Position numbers and translations under genes: made by a program | NCBI GenBank assembly: GCA_035264145.1 | Contig: DATFQP010000098.1 | Location: 1 to 51,480 of the forward strand | Direction: 5' to 3' | Origin: Propionibacteriaceae bacterium | GTDB taxonomy: Bacteria; Actinomycetota; Actinomycetes; Propionibacteriales; Propionibacteriaceae | DNA length: 51,480 nucleotides | Notes under the pieces: model-generated | Databases searched by the model: none | What the model saw: only the letters and a program-made list of their open reading frames with translations | What the model was told of the DNA's origin: nothing | Part shown: piece after piece, positions 39,521-49,052 of the stretch | How positions within the stretch are numbered: the first letter of the stretch is position 1 | Layout of the letters: each line of letters starts with the position of its first letter

Positions 39521-39667
39521 CAGCAGGGGAGTCTGCTGCTCCTCCGTACTGGCGCACCCCGAACACCAGAAAGACAGTCAGTGACATTGTTGGACCCACC
39601 TCACCGACCGCAAGACGTGCCTGATGCCGTCGTGCATCAGGCACTGATGAGTGCGCCCACTTGTGGG
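39521..39667 (-). promoter_or_regulatory. Structured putative 5' leader of the sbnA operon
   Basis: Perfect 11-bp hairpin (39617-39644) nested in a 9-bp helix (39649-39657 with 39551-39559); 6-bp hairpin (39521-39538) next to the SD. Confidence 0.4.
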
Positions 39668-40416
39668 GGTCGTTTGCCCTAGTTCAGCGAACTAGCGCTA
39701 GGCAGGAAGTCGATGTACTCCTCTCGGCGAATGTCGCGCATCCTTGACATGTACCTTTACCATTCACTCGCGTCCTCTGAAAATGGTAATGACCAAACGA
39801 GTCATCAGGAATCGACCCCCGACTGAGCTGACCCATTACCGACATCGTATGAACTGGACAACGTCTGACTCGACTTACCAGTAAGGCTCCTTGACGACTC
39901 GATGTGGGTTGCCTTACGCTCCCACTCGTCCCGGTTTTGGAACTCTTTAGCGGTCGCGATCTGCTCGCGTGAGTTCTCGACTGCCAGCGCTGCCTCCCTC
40001 TTGACGTACGTACCGAAATGTGCTGCCGGGCGCCCTCAAAGCGTGCGATTCCCACCATGATTCCGACGTGCGGTTACCGGCGTTCGAACAGCACGTCGGT
40101 CAAGGACATCGTGGACATCGGCTTAGTCTCCGCTGGGAGATCGTGTTGCGCATACGGAATGCGCGAACCGACGCCGGAAACCGAGATAGGCAGAACCGGC
40201 CTCCGACGCCTTCTCGCGCCGTTGTACGTGCTCGTGCACCACGCTGCCCCGCGACACCAGCGGCCCTCGTCTACTCCTTGCGTTAGCGTTTCACACAGTC
40301 CTTACGCAGCGGGGCCAATGTTGGTTCAAGCGTTTCGAACGATCGGTTCGCCGATGGTCAGTGAGTGGATGACGCGAAGCGACGCGCACTGGTCATTGAT
40401 GGCGTGCTCCAAGGCG

Positions 40417-40590
40417 ACCGCCTGTGCTGCTTCCTCGATCAACTCGCCGTCGATCGAGTCCTCGATCATTCCCCGTACCTCGTTGTCGACATCCTCATCC
40501 CAGCCGAGCTCCTGCACCACCAACCCAGGAGCGAGTGAAGTCTGTTTCCAGCCGGAGCTTTTAGCTCCGCACGCCCCAGCTGCTGACCCG
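40417..40590 (-). pseudogene. N-terminal fragment of a DUF3052-family gene
   Basis: LAPGLVVQELGWDEDVDNEVRGMIEDSIDGELIEEA matches the DUF3052 N-terminus as I recall it; similarity ends before the expected D.VLLWWR motif. Confidence 0.6.
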
Positions 40591-40607
40591 ATTAGGCTGG
40601 GTCCGCC

Positions 40608-42128
40608 ATGAACGCCGATGCATCCGCGACGGTCCCGCCCGTTACCGCCCTCGGTCGCACGTACCAGATCCGGACCCACGGGTGCCAGATGAACGTGCAT
40701 GATTCCGAGCGGCTCGCCGGCCTGCTCGAAGGCGCAGGCTATGTGCCGGCGACCGACGACATGACAGCCGATGTGGTCGTCTTCAACACCTGTGCGGTAC
40801 GGGAGAACGCCGATAACCGCCTGTACGGCAGTCTCGGGAACCTGCGGCCGGCGAAGAAGGCCAGGCCTGGCATGCAGATTGCGGTCGGCGGTTGCCTAGC
40901 GCAGAAAGACCGCAGCGAGATCGTCCGCCGCGCGCCGTGGGTCGATGTGGTTTTCGGCACCCACAATCTTGGCTCGCTTCCCATCCTGCTGGAGCGGGCG
41001 AGGGTCGAGCGTGAGGCGCAGGTCGAAATCGTTGAGGCGCTCGAGACCTTCCCTTCCAACCTGCCGACCCGGCGCGAATCTCCGTACGCCGCCTGGGTGT
41101 CGATCAGCGTCGGTTGCAGTAACACCTGCACCTTCTGCATCGTGCCGGCCCTCCGTGGCAGGCAGACGGATCGGCGCCCCGGAGAGATTTTGGCGGAGAT
41201 CGAAGCCCTGGTCGCCAGTGGCGTCCAGGAGGTGACCCTGCTGGGCCAGAATGTCAACGCCTACGGCCTGGAGTTTCGTGACCGTGGCGCGTTCGCCAAG
41301 CTGCTTCGGGCGTGTGGAAGCATCGATGGCTTGGAGCGGGTGCGATTCACCTCGCCGCATCCCAAGGACTTCACCGACGACGTGATCACCGCAATGGCGG
41401 AGACCCCGAACGTCATGCCCTCCTTGCACATGCCGCTGCAGTCCGGTTCCGATGCGATTTTGAAAGTCATGAGGCGCTCCTACCGCAGTGAGCGCTATCT
41501 CGCCATCCTCGACCGGGTTCGAACGGCGATGCCGGAGGCGGCGATCACCACCGACATCATCGTCGGGTTCCCCGGCGAGACGGAGCAGGACTTTCAGGCG
41601 ACGCTGAACGTGGTCCGGACGGCGCGTTTCTCCGCGGCGTTCACGTTTCAGTACTCGATCCGCCACGGCACGCCGGCGGCCACGATGGCGGGACAGGTGC
41701 CCAAGCCAGTGGTCCAGGAGCGGTACGAACGGCTGGTGGATCTGGTGAACGAAACTGCCTGGCGGGAGAACCTCAGCCAGGTCGGGCGGCGGGTCGAAGT
41801 CATGTTCGCCGACGGCGAGGGTCGCAAGGACAGTGCGACATCGCGAATGTCGGGCCGTGCCCGGGACAACCGGCTGGTGCACGTGACCGTGCCTCAGGAA
41901 GACATTGCGCGACCACGTCCCGGGGACATCGCTGAGGTCGTCCTCACCTACGCGGCGCCGCACCACCTCACGGCCGACGGCGGACTGCTCAACCTGCGTC
42001 GGACGCCTGGCGGGAATGCGTGGGAGGAGCGCCTCAGGGCGGCTGATCGATATCGGCGCCCCATTCCCCTCGGTCTGCCCACTCGCGGGATGCCCGCCTG
42101 GAGTCCTCCGGCGCAGGCCTGCGGCTAG
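40608..42128 (+). CDS. miaB: tRNA i6A37 methylthiotransferase
   Basis: [48 protein letters not shown] and TRAM domain. Confidence 0.97.
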   Translation: MNADASATVPPVTALGRTYQIRTHGCQMNVHDSERLAGLLEGAGYVPATDDMTADVVVFNTCAVRENADNRLYGSLGNLRPAKKARPGMQIAVGGCLAQKDRSEIVRRAPWVDVVFGTHNLGSLPILLERARVEREAQVEIVEALETFPSNLPTRRESPYAAWVSISVGCSNTCTFCIVPALRGRQTDRRPGEILAEIEALVASGVQEVTLLGQNVNAYGLEFRDRGAFAKLLRACGSIDGLERVRFTSPHPKDFTDDVITAMAETPNVMPSLHMPLQSGSDAILKVMRRSYRSERYLAILDRVRTAMPEAAITTDIIVGFPGETEQDFQATLNVVRTARFSAAFTFQYSIRHGTPAATMAGQVPKPVVQERYERLVDLVNETAWRENLSQVGRRVEVMFADGEGRKDSATSRMSGRARDNRLVHVTVPQEDIARPRPGDIAEVVLTYAAPHHLTADGGLLNLRRTPGGNAWEERLRAADRYRRPIPLGLPTRGMPAWSPPAQACG

Positions 42129-42320
42129 ACGTGCTGCTGAGGCAGTGTTCCTGCCCGCGGTGACGAGGCGCTAGAGTGCCATCAGCCTGGATGTCGCGGA
42201 TTGCGGCACCCGGGCCGCAGCTGTGGACAACATCGGCGTCGCTTGACTGAGTCGGGGCGCAGCTCCAGCTGGCCCTCTCCCAGCCATGATCCCGGTCAAC
42301 AGTCAGCCGGGCGGTTCTAG

Positions 42321-42566
42321 TCAGTCAGGCGGTTCGGGTGAGCCGGCTGGCGGTGCGATGGGGGTCGGATTCGCGGATTCAGCCTCGTCAGGTGATCCGA
42401 AGTAGTCGGCCACCCTGTCCTTGGCGAGGTCGGCGCCCGAGCTGATCTGGTCGGTGTGACCCCCGCTGGTGCGGTCGTTCAGGAAGTCAGCGGGGTTGTC
42501 GATAGCATTCTCGACCTTGTCCGGGTTGTCGCCGAGCGCGTCTTTGGCCTTGTCGAAGATTCCCAT
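42321..42566 (-). CDS. Small MT0933/Rv0909-like protein
   Basis: MGIFDKAKDAL...DKVENAID...NDRTSG.HTDQI..G; AGGAGAG SD; located between miaB and miaA. Confidence 0.8.
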   Translation of the reverse strand: MGIFDKAKDALGDNPDKVENAIDNPADFLNDRTSGGHTDQISSGADLAKDRVADYFGSPDEAESANPTPIAPPAGSPEPPD

Positions 42567-42713
42567 GTGCCTACTCTCCTCTCGCGAGGACGCCCCGCCG
42601 TCCGTCGTTGATGCGACCGTTGCGGCCAACATGGCACATTACCGGCAGGTCGAACCAATGCCCTGACGGGCTCTTCGGGCTGATTCCTTGCGGATCGCGG
42701 GAGACTCGCTGCT

Positions 42714-43691
42714 GTGACGGTGGTGTTGGTAGGAGCGACTGCGGCGGGCAAATCGTCGCTCGCGGTCGAGCTGGCGCTGCGCTTCGCGGCAGCTGGTCGG
42801 CGTGCCGAAGTGATCAATGCCGACTCGATGTTGCTCTATCGGGGCATGGACATCGGTACGGCCAAGCCGTCCGTCGTCGAGCGTCGTGGGGTACGGCACC
42901 ACCTGATCGATGTCCTCGACGTGACCGAAACATCAACGGTGGCCGACTTTCAGCGGCTCGCCCGGGATGCGATCACCGAGTGCTGCACTCGCAACGTGGT
43001 GCCCATCGTCGTCGGCGGCTCGGCACTGTACGTCCGAGCAATCGTGGACGACTTCGAGTTCCCGGGTACCGACCCGGCTCTTCGGGCGGAGCTGGAGGCC
43101 GAGATGGAACGGATCGGCGCCAAATCGCTGCACCGCAGGCTGGCGGCCGTCGACCCAGCTGCCGCCGCAACCATCGAGCCGGGCAATGGCCGCCGGATCG
43201 TCCGAGCCCTGGAGGTTGGCACACTGACCGGTCGCCCGTACGCCGCCACCCTTCCGGCGTACTCGTACCTGCTGCCGGGGGTCGTTCAGATCGGCTTGGC
43301 CATCGACCGGGAGGCATTGGATCGCCGGGTGGCGGCCCGAGTTCATCGAATGTGGCGGGCCGGCTTGGTTGACGAGGTGCGACGGCTGGAGCAGGCCGGG
43401 CTTCGCCGAGGGCGGACGGCTTCCCGGGCCCTCGGCTACCGGCAGGTGCTCGATTTCTTGGCGAATTCCATCAGCGAGGCTGAGGCCGAGGAACAGACGA
43501 TCCTCGCGACTCGGCGGTTCGCCCGCCGACAGGACGCATGGTTCCGGAAAGATCCGCGTATTCACTGGCTGTGCTGGGATGACCCGCAGCTCGTCGATTC
43601 GGCCTACGGCCTCGCCGGAGCTGGCGGAAATCAGGCTTCGGAGCCGGCTGAGTCGATGCCGCTGCCGAACACTTGCGCCATGGAAGACTGA
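42714..43691 (+). CDS. miaA: tRNA dimethylallyltransferase
   Basis: GATAAGKS, INADSM.LYRGMDIGTAKP, HHLID, VGGSALY and TRRFARRQ..WF. Confidence 0.97.
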   Translation: MTVVLVGATAAGKSSLAVELALRFAAAGRRAEVINADSMLLYRGMDIGTAKPSVVERRGVRHHLIDVLDVTETSTVADFQRLARDAITECCTRNVVPIVVGGSALYVRAIVDDFEFPGTDPALRAELEAEMERIGAKSLHRRLAAVDPAAAATIEPGNGRRIVRALEVGTLTGRPYAATLPAYSYLLPGVVQIGLAIDREALDRRVAARVHRMWRAGLVDEVRRLEQAGLRRGRTASRALGYRQVLDFLANSISEAEAEEQTILATRRFARRQDAWFRKDPRIHWLCWDDPQLVDSAYGLAGAGGNQASEPAESMPLPNTCAMED

Positions 43692-43696
43692 GCGGC

Positions 43697-44533
43697 ATGC
43701 GGCACTGGTCGTTCGCCAAGGGGCATGGCACGGGCAACGACTTCATCGTGCTGCTGGATCGCGAAGCCATGATGCAGGTCGGTGAGCCCGAGGTCCGATT
43801 CCTGTGCGACCGGCACCGTGGAATTGGCGGGGATGGTCTGCTCCGGGCAATGTTGGCCAGGCATGTCCAGGACTGGGACGGCGACCCCCATCTGTGGTTC
43901 ATGGACTACCGGAATGCCGACGGCTCAGTGGCGGAGATGTGCGGCAACGGGCTACGGGTCTTCGTGCGGTACCTGCTGCAGCACGATCTGGCTACCGGAC
44001 CTGTCGTCCAGGTGGCCACCCGAGCCGGTCCGAAGGAGGCGACCGTGCTTCCTGACGGCCGGATCCGGGTGGCGATGGGACCGGTCACGGTGACCGATCG
44101 AGGAGTCCGCGTACGCACTGTGGACGGTGCGGAATTCGCCGCACTGACTGCCGACATCGGCAACCCGCACGCCGTGAGCTTCGCCGATGATCTGACCGGA
44201 CTCCCATTGCACACGACACCGAGCTGGTCGCCGTCCGCGGTGTTTCCGGCCGGCGTGAATATGGAGTTCGCAGCCATCCGCGGCCAGCGCACGGTCGCGA
44301 TGAGGGTCTTCGAGCGTGGGGTGGGAGAGACCCTGTCCTGCGGGACCGGCACTGTGGCCGTTGCGGCCGCCGCTCGACTTCACACCGGTGATTCCGCGGA
44401 TCTGCCCGTGACCTACCGGGTTGAGACGCCGGGCGGTCGGGTGGACGTGGAATTAGCGGCAGACCAGTCTTTCCTGACCGGCCCGGCGGTGATCGTCGCG
44501 CATGGCGATGTCGTGCTGCCCGAGGAGGGGTGA
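43697..44533 (+). CDS. dapF: Diaminopimelate epimerase
   Basis: KGHGTGNDF, NADGS.AEMCGNG.R, GNPH and ERGVGETLSCGTG. Confidence 0.97.
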   Translation: MRHWSFAKGHGTGNDFIVLLDREAMMQVGEPEVRFLCDRHRGIGGDGLLRAMLARHVQDWDGDPHLWFMDYRNADGSVAEMCGNGLRVFVRYLLQHDLATGPVVQVATRAGPKEATVLPDGRIRVAMGPVTVTDRGVRVRTVDGAEFAALTADIGNPHAVSFADDLTGLPLHTTPSWSPSAVFPAGVNMEFAAIRGQRTVAMRVFERGVGETLSCGTGTVAVAAAARLHTGDSADLPVTYRVETPGGRVDVELAADQSFLTGPAVIVAHGDVVLPEEG

Positions 44534-45301
44534 ATGTCTGTTCTTGACGCGTTCTCACTGGCCGGCCGGGTATCGGTGGTGACCGGCGCCGCCCGAGGAA
44601 TCGGCCGCGCCTTGGCCAGGGCCCTGGCGGAGGCCGGCAGCGATGTCGTGCTCCTGGTCCGCGATCCTGCCGGAGCCGCACACGTGCTCGAGGAGCTGCA
44701 GGCGCTCGGCGTCAGTGCGACGGCGGTGGCGGCCGACGTCACTGAACCTGAGCACGTCCGGCGGGCCGTGCAGGAGATCCTCGACCGGCTTGGCCGGGTC
44801 GACGTGTTGATCAACAATGCGGGCACGTGCATCCATCGCGCGGCCCTCGAGATCACCACGCAGGAGTGGCGCCATGTGATGGACACCAATGTCGACGGCG
44901 TCTGGAACTGCGCACAAGCGTTCGGTCGGGTGATGGTGGCACAGCAGAGCGGGGTGATCGTGAACATCGGATCGATATCCGGTCTCATCGTGAACCGGCC
45001 TCAGTGGCAGCCCAGCTACAACGCATCCAAGGCTGCCGTGCACCAGCTGACTCGTTCGCTGGCCGCGGAGTGGGCACCGTACGGTGTGCGCGTCAACGCC
45101 CTGGCCCCCGGATACATCAAGACCGAGATGGCTCCGGTCGACGAGCCGCAGTTTCGCCGGTACTGGATCGAGGACGCCCCTATGCGCCGTTATGCCACGC
45201 CGGCCGAACTCGGCCCGAGCGTGGTGTACCTGGCCTCGGATGCCTCGAGCTTCATGACGGGTGAGGTTGTCGTGGTCGACGGCGGGTATTCGATCTTCTG
45301 A
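44534..45301 (+). CDS. Short-chain dehydrogenase/reductase, polyol/sugar dehydrogenase-like
   Basis: TGAARGIG, NNAG, NIGSISG and IVNRPQWQPSYNASK (YxxxK). Confidence 0.92.
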   Translation: MSVLDAFSLAGRVSVVTGAARGIGRALARALAEAGSDVVLLVRDPAGAAHVLEELQALGVSATAVAADVTEPEHVRRAVQEILDRLGRVDVLINNAGTCIHRAALEITTQEWRHVMDTNVDGVWNCAQAFGRVMVAQQSGVIVNIGSISGLIVNRPQWQPSYNASKAAVHQLTRSLAAEWAPYGVRVNALAPGYIKTEMAPVDEPQFRRYWIEDAPMRRYATPAELGPSVVYLASDASSFMTGEVVVVDGGYSIF

Positions 45302-45368
45302 TCGGCCACGAGGTGGCAGGAGAAATGGAGCGGACAGTTTTGGCCGAACGTGAGACTCTGGTCGGGAT

Positions 45369-46853
45369 ATGACAGCGCATCCGGAGCGGTCGGTGGCCAC
45401 CGACAACCAACACGATGAGTTGCTCGTGGAGCGGCTCGATCCCCAGGAGATGTCCCAGCGGGACTACCACGGCGCTCAGCAGGACCTCGCTGATCGGCAG
45501 TCGCTTCGCCGGGTGGCCGGGATGTCCACCGAGCTTCAAGACGTCACCGAGGTCGAGTACCGCCGGCTGCAGCTGGAACGCGTGGTGCTGGTGGGAGTGT
45601 GGACGAGCGGCAGCCAAGCCGACGCGGAGCGCTCACTGGCCGAGCTGAAGTTGCTGGCAGAGACGGCCGGTTCGCAGGTACTTGACGGACTGATTCAGCG
45701 GCGTACCCGCCCGGATCCTGCTACCTACATCGGTCGGGGCAAGGTGGACGAGCTGCGGGAGCTGGTCATCGCCACTGGCGCGGACACCGTGATCTGCGAC
45801 GGAGAGCTCGCTGCCGCCCAGTTGCGTAATCTCGAGGATCGGATCCAGATCAAGGTCATCGACCGCACGGCCCTGATCCTCGACATCTTCGCCGCTCATG
45901 CCAAAAGTGCAGAAGGGAAGGCGCAGGTCGAGCTGGCGCAGCTGCAGTACCTGCGTCAGCGGCTCCGGGGCTGGGGTGGCAACCTCTCCCGCCAGGCCGG
46001 CGGTCGCGCCGGCGGCGGCGTTGGCATCGGCGGCCGCGGTCCCGGTGAGACGAAGCTGGAGACTGACCGACGCCGGATCTCCAGTCGGATCTCCAAGCTG
46101 CGCGCTGAGCTGCGGAACTTGGACGCCACGCGTGAGGTCAAGCGCTCCGAGCGGCGGCGCAATGAGGTGCCGTCGGTGGCCATTGTCGGCTATACAAACG
46201 CCGGCAAATCGAGCTTGCTCAATCGGATGACCGGGGCCGGCGTGTTGGTGGAGGACGCGCTCTTCGCAACCCTCGATCCCACGACTCGCCGGGCGACCAG
46301 TGCGGATGGCCGCACCTACACGCTGACCGACACCGTGGGTTTTGTCCGTCATCTCCCGCACGATCTGATCGAGGCTTTTGCTTCCACCCTGGAGGAGTCG
46401 GCGGATTCAGACCTCCTACTGCACGTCGTGGACGCCTCGGATCCTGACCCGGCCGGCCAAATCCAGGCAGTCCGTTCGGTGTTGGCCGAAATTGGCGCGG
46501 GTCACGTGCCTGAGCTGCTCGTCTTGAACAAGATGGACGCAGCGTCTGCCGAGCAGTTGACCACCCTGAGAAGCACATATCGGGATGCGGCGGTGATCTC
46601 GGCGCGGACCGGTTGGGGAATCGACCAGCTGCGTGCGATGACCGAGGTGCGGCTGCCGCGGCCAGCTGTCGAGATCCGAGTTCTGCTTCCTTACCAACGT
46701 GGTGACCTGCTCGATCGGATTCATCGAACGGGAGAGCTTCTCGTCAATGAGCACACGTCCGAGGGAACTGTGGTGCTGGCCCGTGTCAATGCGGCGCTGG
46801 CAGCGGAACTTGCTCCGTATGAGGTGACCGCGGTCGAATCGACCAAGTCGTAG
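45369..46853 (+). CDS. hflX: GTPase HflX
   Basis: DRTALILDIFA.HA, GPGETKLE, GYTNAGKS, LFATLDPT, DTVGF and NKMD. Confidence 0.97.
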   Translation: MTAHPERSVATDNQHDELLVERLDPQEMSQRDYHGAQQDLADRQSLRRVAGMSTELQDVTEVEYRRLQLERVVLVGVWTSGSQADAERSLAELKLLAETAGSQVLDGLIQRRTRPDPATYIGRGKVDELRELVIATGADTVICDGELAAAQLRNLEDRIQIKVIDRTALILDIFAAHAKSAEGKAQVELAQLQYLRQRLRGWGGNLSRQAGGRAGGGVGIGGRGPGETKLETDRRRISSRISKLRAELRNLDATREVKRSERRRNEVPSVAIVGYTNAGKSSLLNRMTGAGVLVEDALFATLDPTTRRATSADGRTYTLTDTVGFVRHLPHDLIEAFASTLEESADSDLLLHVVDASDPDPAGQIQAVRSVLAEIGAGHVPELLVLNKMDAASAEQLTTLRSTYRDAAVISARTGWGIDQLRAMTEVRLPRPAVEIRVLLPYQRGDLLDRIHRTGELLVNEHTSEGTVVLARVNAALAAELAPYEVTAVESTKS

Positions 46854-46871
46854 CTCACAGCGAGCCTTCGG

Positions 46872-46900
46872 CGCCGCGGCATGGTCTGCACGCCGCGGCG
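46872..46900 (+). terminator. GC-rich hairpin after hflX, possible intrinsic terminator
   Basis: CGCCGCGGC-N11-GCCGCGGCG starting 18 nt after the hflX stop; no U-tract. Confidence 0.4.
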
Positions 46901-46915
46901 AATTAGGCTGAGCCG

Positions 46916-48994
46916 GTGACCGCAGATCTCAAGCCGGATTCTGCGGATGTCAGCCAGCCGACATCGGGGGACCCGGCTCATCGCGCGGCACTAGTGGCCG
47001 CTGTGGGGGCGATCGGCGGCACTGAACGCTCGGGTCAGGCGGAAATGGCCGACGCAGTGGCCGACGCTTTCGACACGGGCACGCATCTGCTTGTTCAGGC
47101 GGGGACGGGTACCGGGAAGTCACTCGGCTATCTCGTACCAGCGCTGAGCTGGCTCACTCAGCACCCCGGGGAGCGGATCGTGGTGGCCACGGCCACCCTC
47201 GCGCTGCAAAGTCAGCTGGCCGACAAGGACATCCCCGTCGCGCTCGACGCTGTCGAGCAGGTCACCGGTCAGCGGCCGGTCCACGCGGTCCTCAAGGGCA
47301 GGACGAACTACGCATGCCTGTTGCGGGTTCGAGATGCGACTACCGCTCGTCAGGAGACGTTGCTGTCGGCCGCTGATCTGGCGGCCACCATGCCCTCGAG
47401 CGCGCCCTCCAGCGCGCCCGAGTCCGTGCTCGGCGCGGAGGTCCTCAGGCTGCGGGAATGGGCAGAAGCGCAGGCAACCACCGACGCGCTCGCGGATCGC
47501 GATTCGGCTCCACCGCATACCGAACGAGGCTGGCAGCAGGTTTCCATCCCTGTCCGGGAGTGTCTCGGGGCTCAGCGCTGCCCGTACGGGGACGCATGCT
47601 TCGTCGAGAAATCGCGGGATGCCGCTCGCGCCGCGGACTTGATCGTGACCAACCACGCCTTGCTGGCGATCAACGCGATGCACGGGAGCACCGCACTGCC
47701 GACGCATCGGGCGCTGATCATCGACGAGGCCCATGAGCTGGTGGCTCGGGTGACCGGCGCGGCCTCCGCCGAGCTGAGTCCGCAGCTCGTCGAGCGAATC
47801 GGTCGTCGGGTGTTGCCCTATGTCGACGACGACGTGGCGCTGGAGCTGTTGGAGTCCGCAGAAGGACTGCGCCAAGCCCTTGATCGATCCTCGCTGGAAC
47901 GCGTGGAAGACACCGAATCTGGTGTCCTCGTCGCATGTGAGGCAGTGCGAAACGCGGCGAGGGCCGGCATCAGCGCCCTGACATCCACCGATGACAAAGA
48001 CTTCGAGAAGCGACAGGTGGCTGCGGCCGTGAAGGAGGTCTTCGATCTCGCCGAGCGCATGGCCGAGATGCGGGACCACGACGTCATCTGGGTGGCTGAC
48101 CGGGAACGATCGGGACGGGAGCTCCGGGTCGCGCCGCTTTCCGTCTCGGTCCTGATGCGCGATCACATCTTCGCCGACCGTACGGCTGTCCTCACCTCGG
48201 CCACCCTGCGGCTGGGCGGTGAGTTCACCACCATCGCCACTTCCGTCGGTCTGCGAACCGACGAACGGACCGAAGCAGTGCAGGGCGACATCGCCGCGGA
48301 CACCGCGTCAAACAAGCGCCAGCCGTGGCGGGCGATCGATGTGGGTTCGCCCTTCGATTATCGGCGGCAGGGCATCCTGTATCTCGCTCGGTCGCTTCCC
48401 CCGCCGGGCCGGGACGGCTTGTCCAAGTCGTACCTGGAGGAGATCGCTGAACTCGTGTGGGCCGCAGGCGGACGCACGCTCGGCCTGTTTTCTTCTCGGC
48501 GGGCCGCCGAGGCCGCCGCCGTGCATGTCCGCAAACAGCTGCCGAAGTTGACGATTCTCTGCCAGGGCGATGCGCAGCTATCCGAACTCACCCGGCGGTT
48601 CGTCGAGGACGAGACGGTCAGCTTGTTCGGGACGCTGTCCCTCTGGCAGGGCGTCGATGTACCGGGTGCCACCTGCTCGCTGGTGATCATCGATCGAATT
48701 CCATTTCCCCGACCCGACGAGCCACTGACTCTGGCGCGGCAGCGCGCAGTGGCCGAGGCGGGCGGCAACGGCTTCCTCGCCGTGGCGGCCACCCACGCTG
48801 CGTTGCTACTCGCCCAAGGCTCCGGTCGGTTGATCCGGCGGCTCAGTGATCGCGGTGTTGTGGCAGTCCTCGACCCCCGGCTGATCACCGCTCGCTACGG
48901 CAGCTATCTGCGCGCTTCGATGCCCGAGATGTGGCAGACGAGCGAGCGCGAGGTCGTGATCGCCGCGTTGCGACGCCTCTCTGGACAAGCCTGA
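46916..48994 (+). CDS. dinG: DinG-family ATP-dependent DNA helicase
   Basis: [17 protein letters not shown], Fe-S cysteines (ECLG..RCP....CF), [16 protein letters not shown] and QGSGRLIR. Confidence 0.94.
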   Translation: MTADLKPDSADVSQPTSGDPAHRAALVAAVGAIGGTERSGQAEMADAVADAFDTGTHLLVQAGTGTGKSLGYLVPALSWLTQHPGERIVVATATLALQSQLADKDIPVALDAVEQVTGQRPVHAVLKGRTNYACLLRVRDATTARQETLLSAADLAATMPSSAPSSAPESVLGAEVLRLREWAEAQATTDALADRDSAPPHTERGWQQVSIPVRECLGAQRCPYGDACFVEKSRDAARAADLIVTNHALLAINAMHGSTALPTHRALIIDEAHELVARVTGAASAELSPQLVERIGRRVLPYVDDDVALELLESAEGLRQALDRSSLERVEDTESGVLVACEAVRNAARAGISALTSTDDKDFEKRQVAAAVKEVFDLAERMAEMRDHDVIWVADRERSGRELRVAPLSVSVLMRDHIFADRTAVLTSATLRLGGEFTTIATSVGLRTDERTEAVQGDIAADTASNKRQPWRAIDVGSPFDYRRQGILYLARSLPPPGRDGLSKSYLEEIAELVWAAGGRTLGLFSSRRAAEAAAVHVRKQLPKLTILCQGDAQLSELTRRFVEDETVSLFGTLSLWQGVDVPGATCSLVIIDRIPFPRPDEPLTLARQRAVAEAGGNGFLAVAATHAALLLAQGSGRLIRRLSDRGVVAVLDPRLITARYGSYLRASMPEMWQTSEREVVIAALRRLSGQA

Positions 48995-49052
48995 GGAACC
49001 TGCCGAGTGGGAGGCATGGCGCCGCTCACGATCGTCTGGCACGCTAGCCAAC

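Larger units (their letters stand above)
27200..40600. other. Accessory island carrying a Dap-based NRPS/Pls-like biosynthetic gene cluster (boundaries approximate)
   Basis: Secondary-metabolism genes interrupt the recA-recX-rny-glu...miaB-miaA-dapF-hflX-lexA backbone; long non-coding flanks and a gene scar at the right edge; no integrase or att site seen. Confidence 0.7.

Noticed and set aside
39640-39690. GGGCAAAC on the minus strand resembling a c-di-GMP-I riboswitch start
   Set aside because: No GAAA-tetraloop stem or downstream GCAAAG element; kept only as a generic structured leader.
27200-40600. Active mobile element (prophage, ICE or transposon)
   Set aside because: No integrase, transposase, tRNA target or terminal repeats seen; called an accessory island only.
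42321-42566. Toxin-antitoxin module around the MT0933-like gene
   Set aside because: No adjacent toxin gene; both neighbours are tRNA modification genes.
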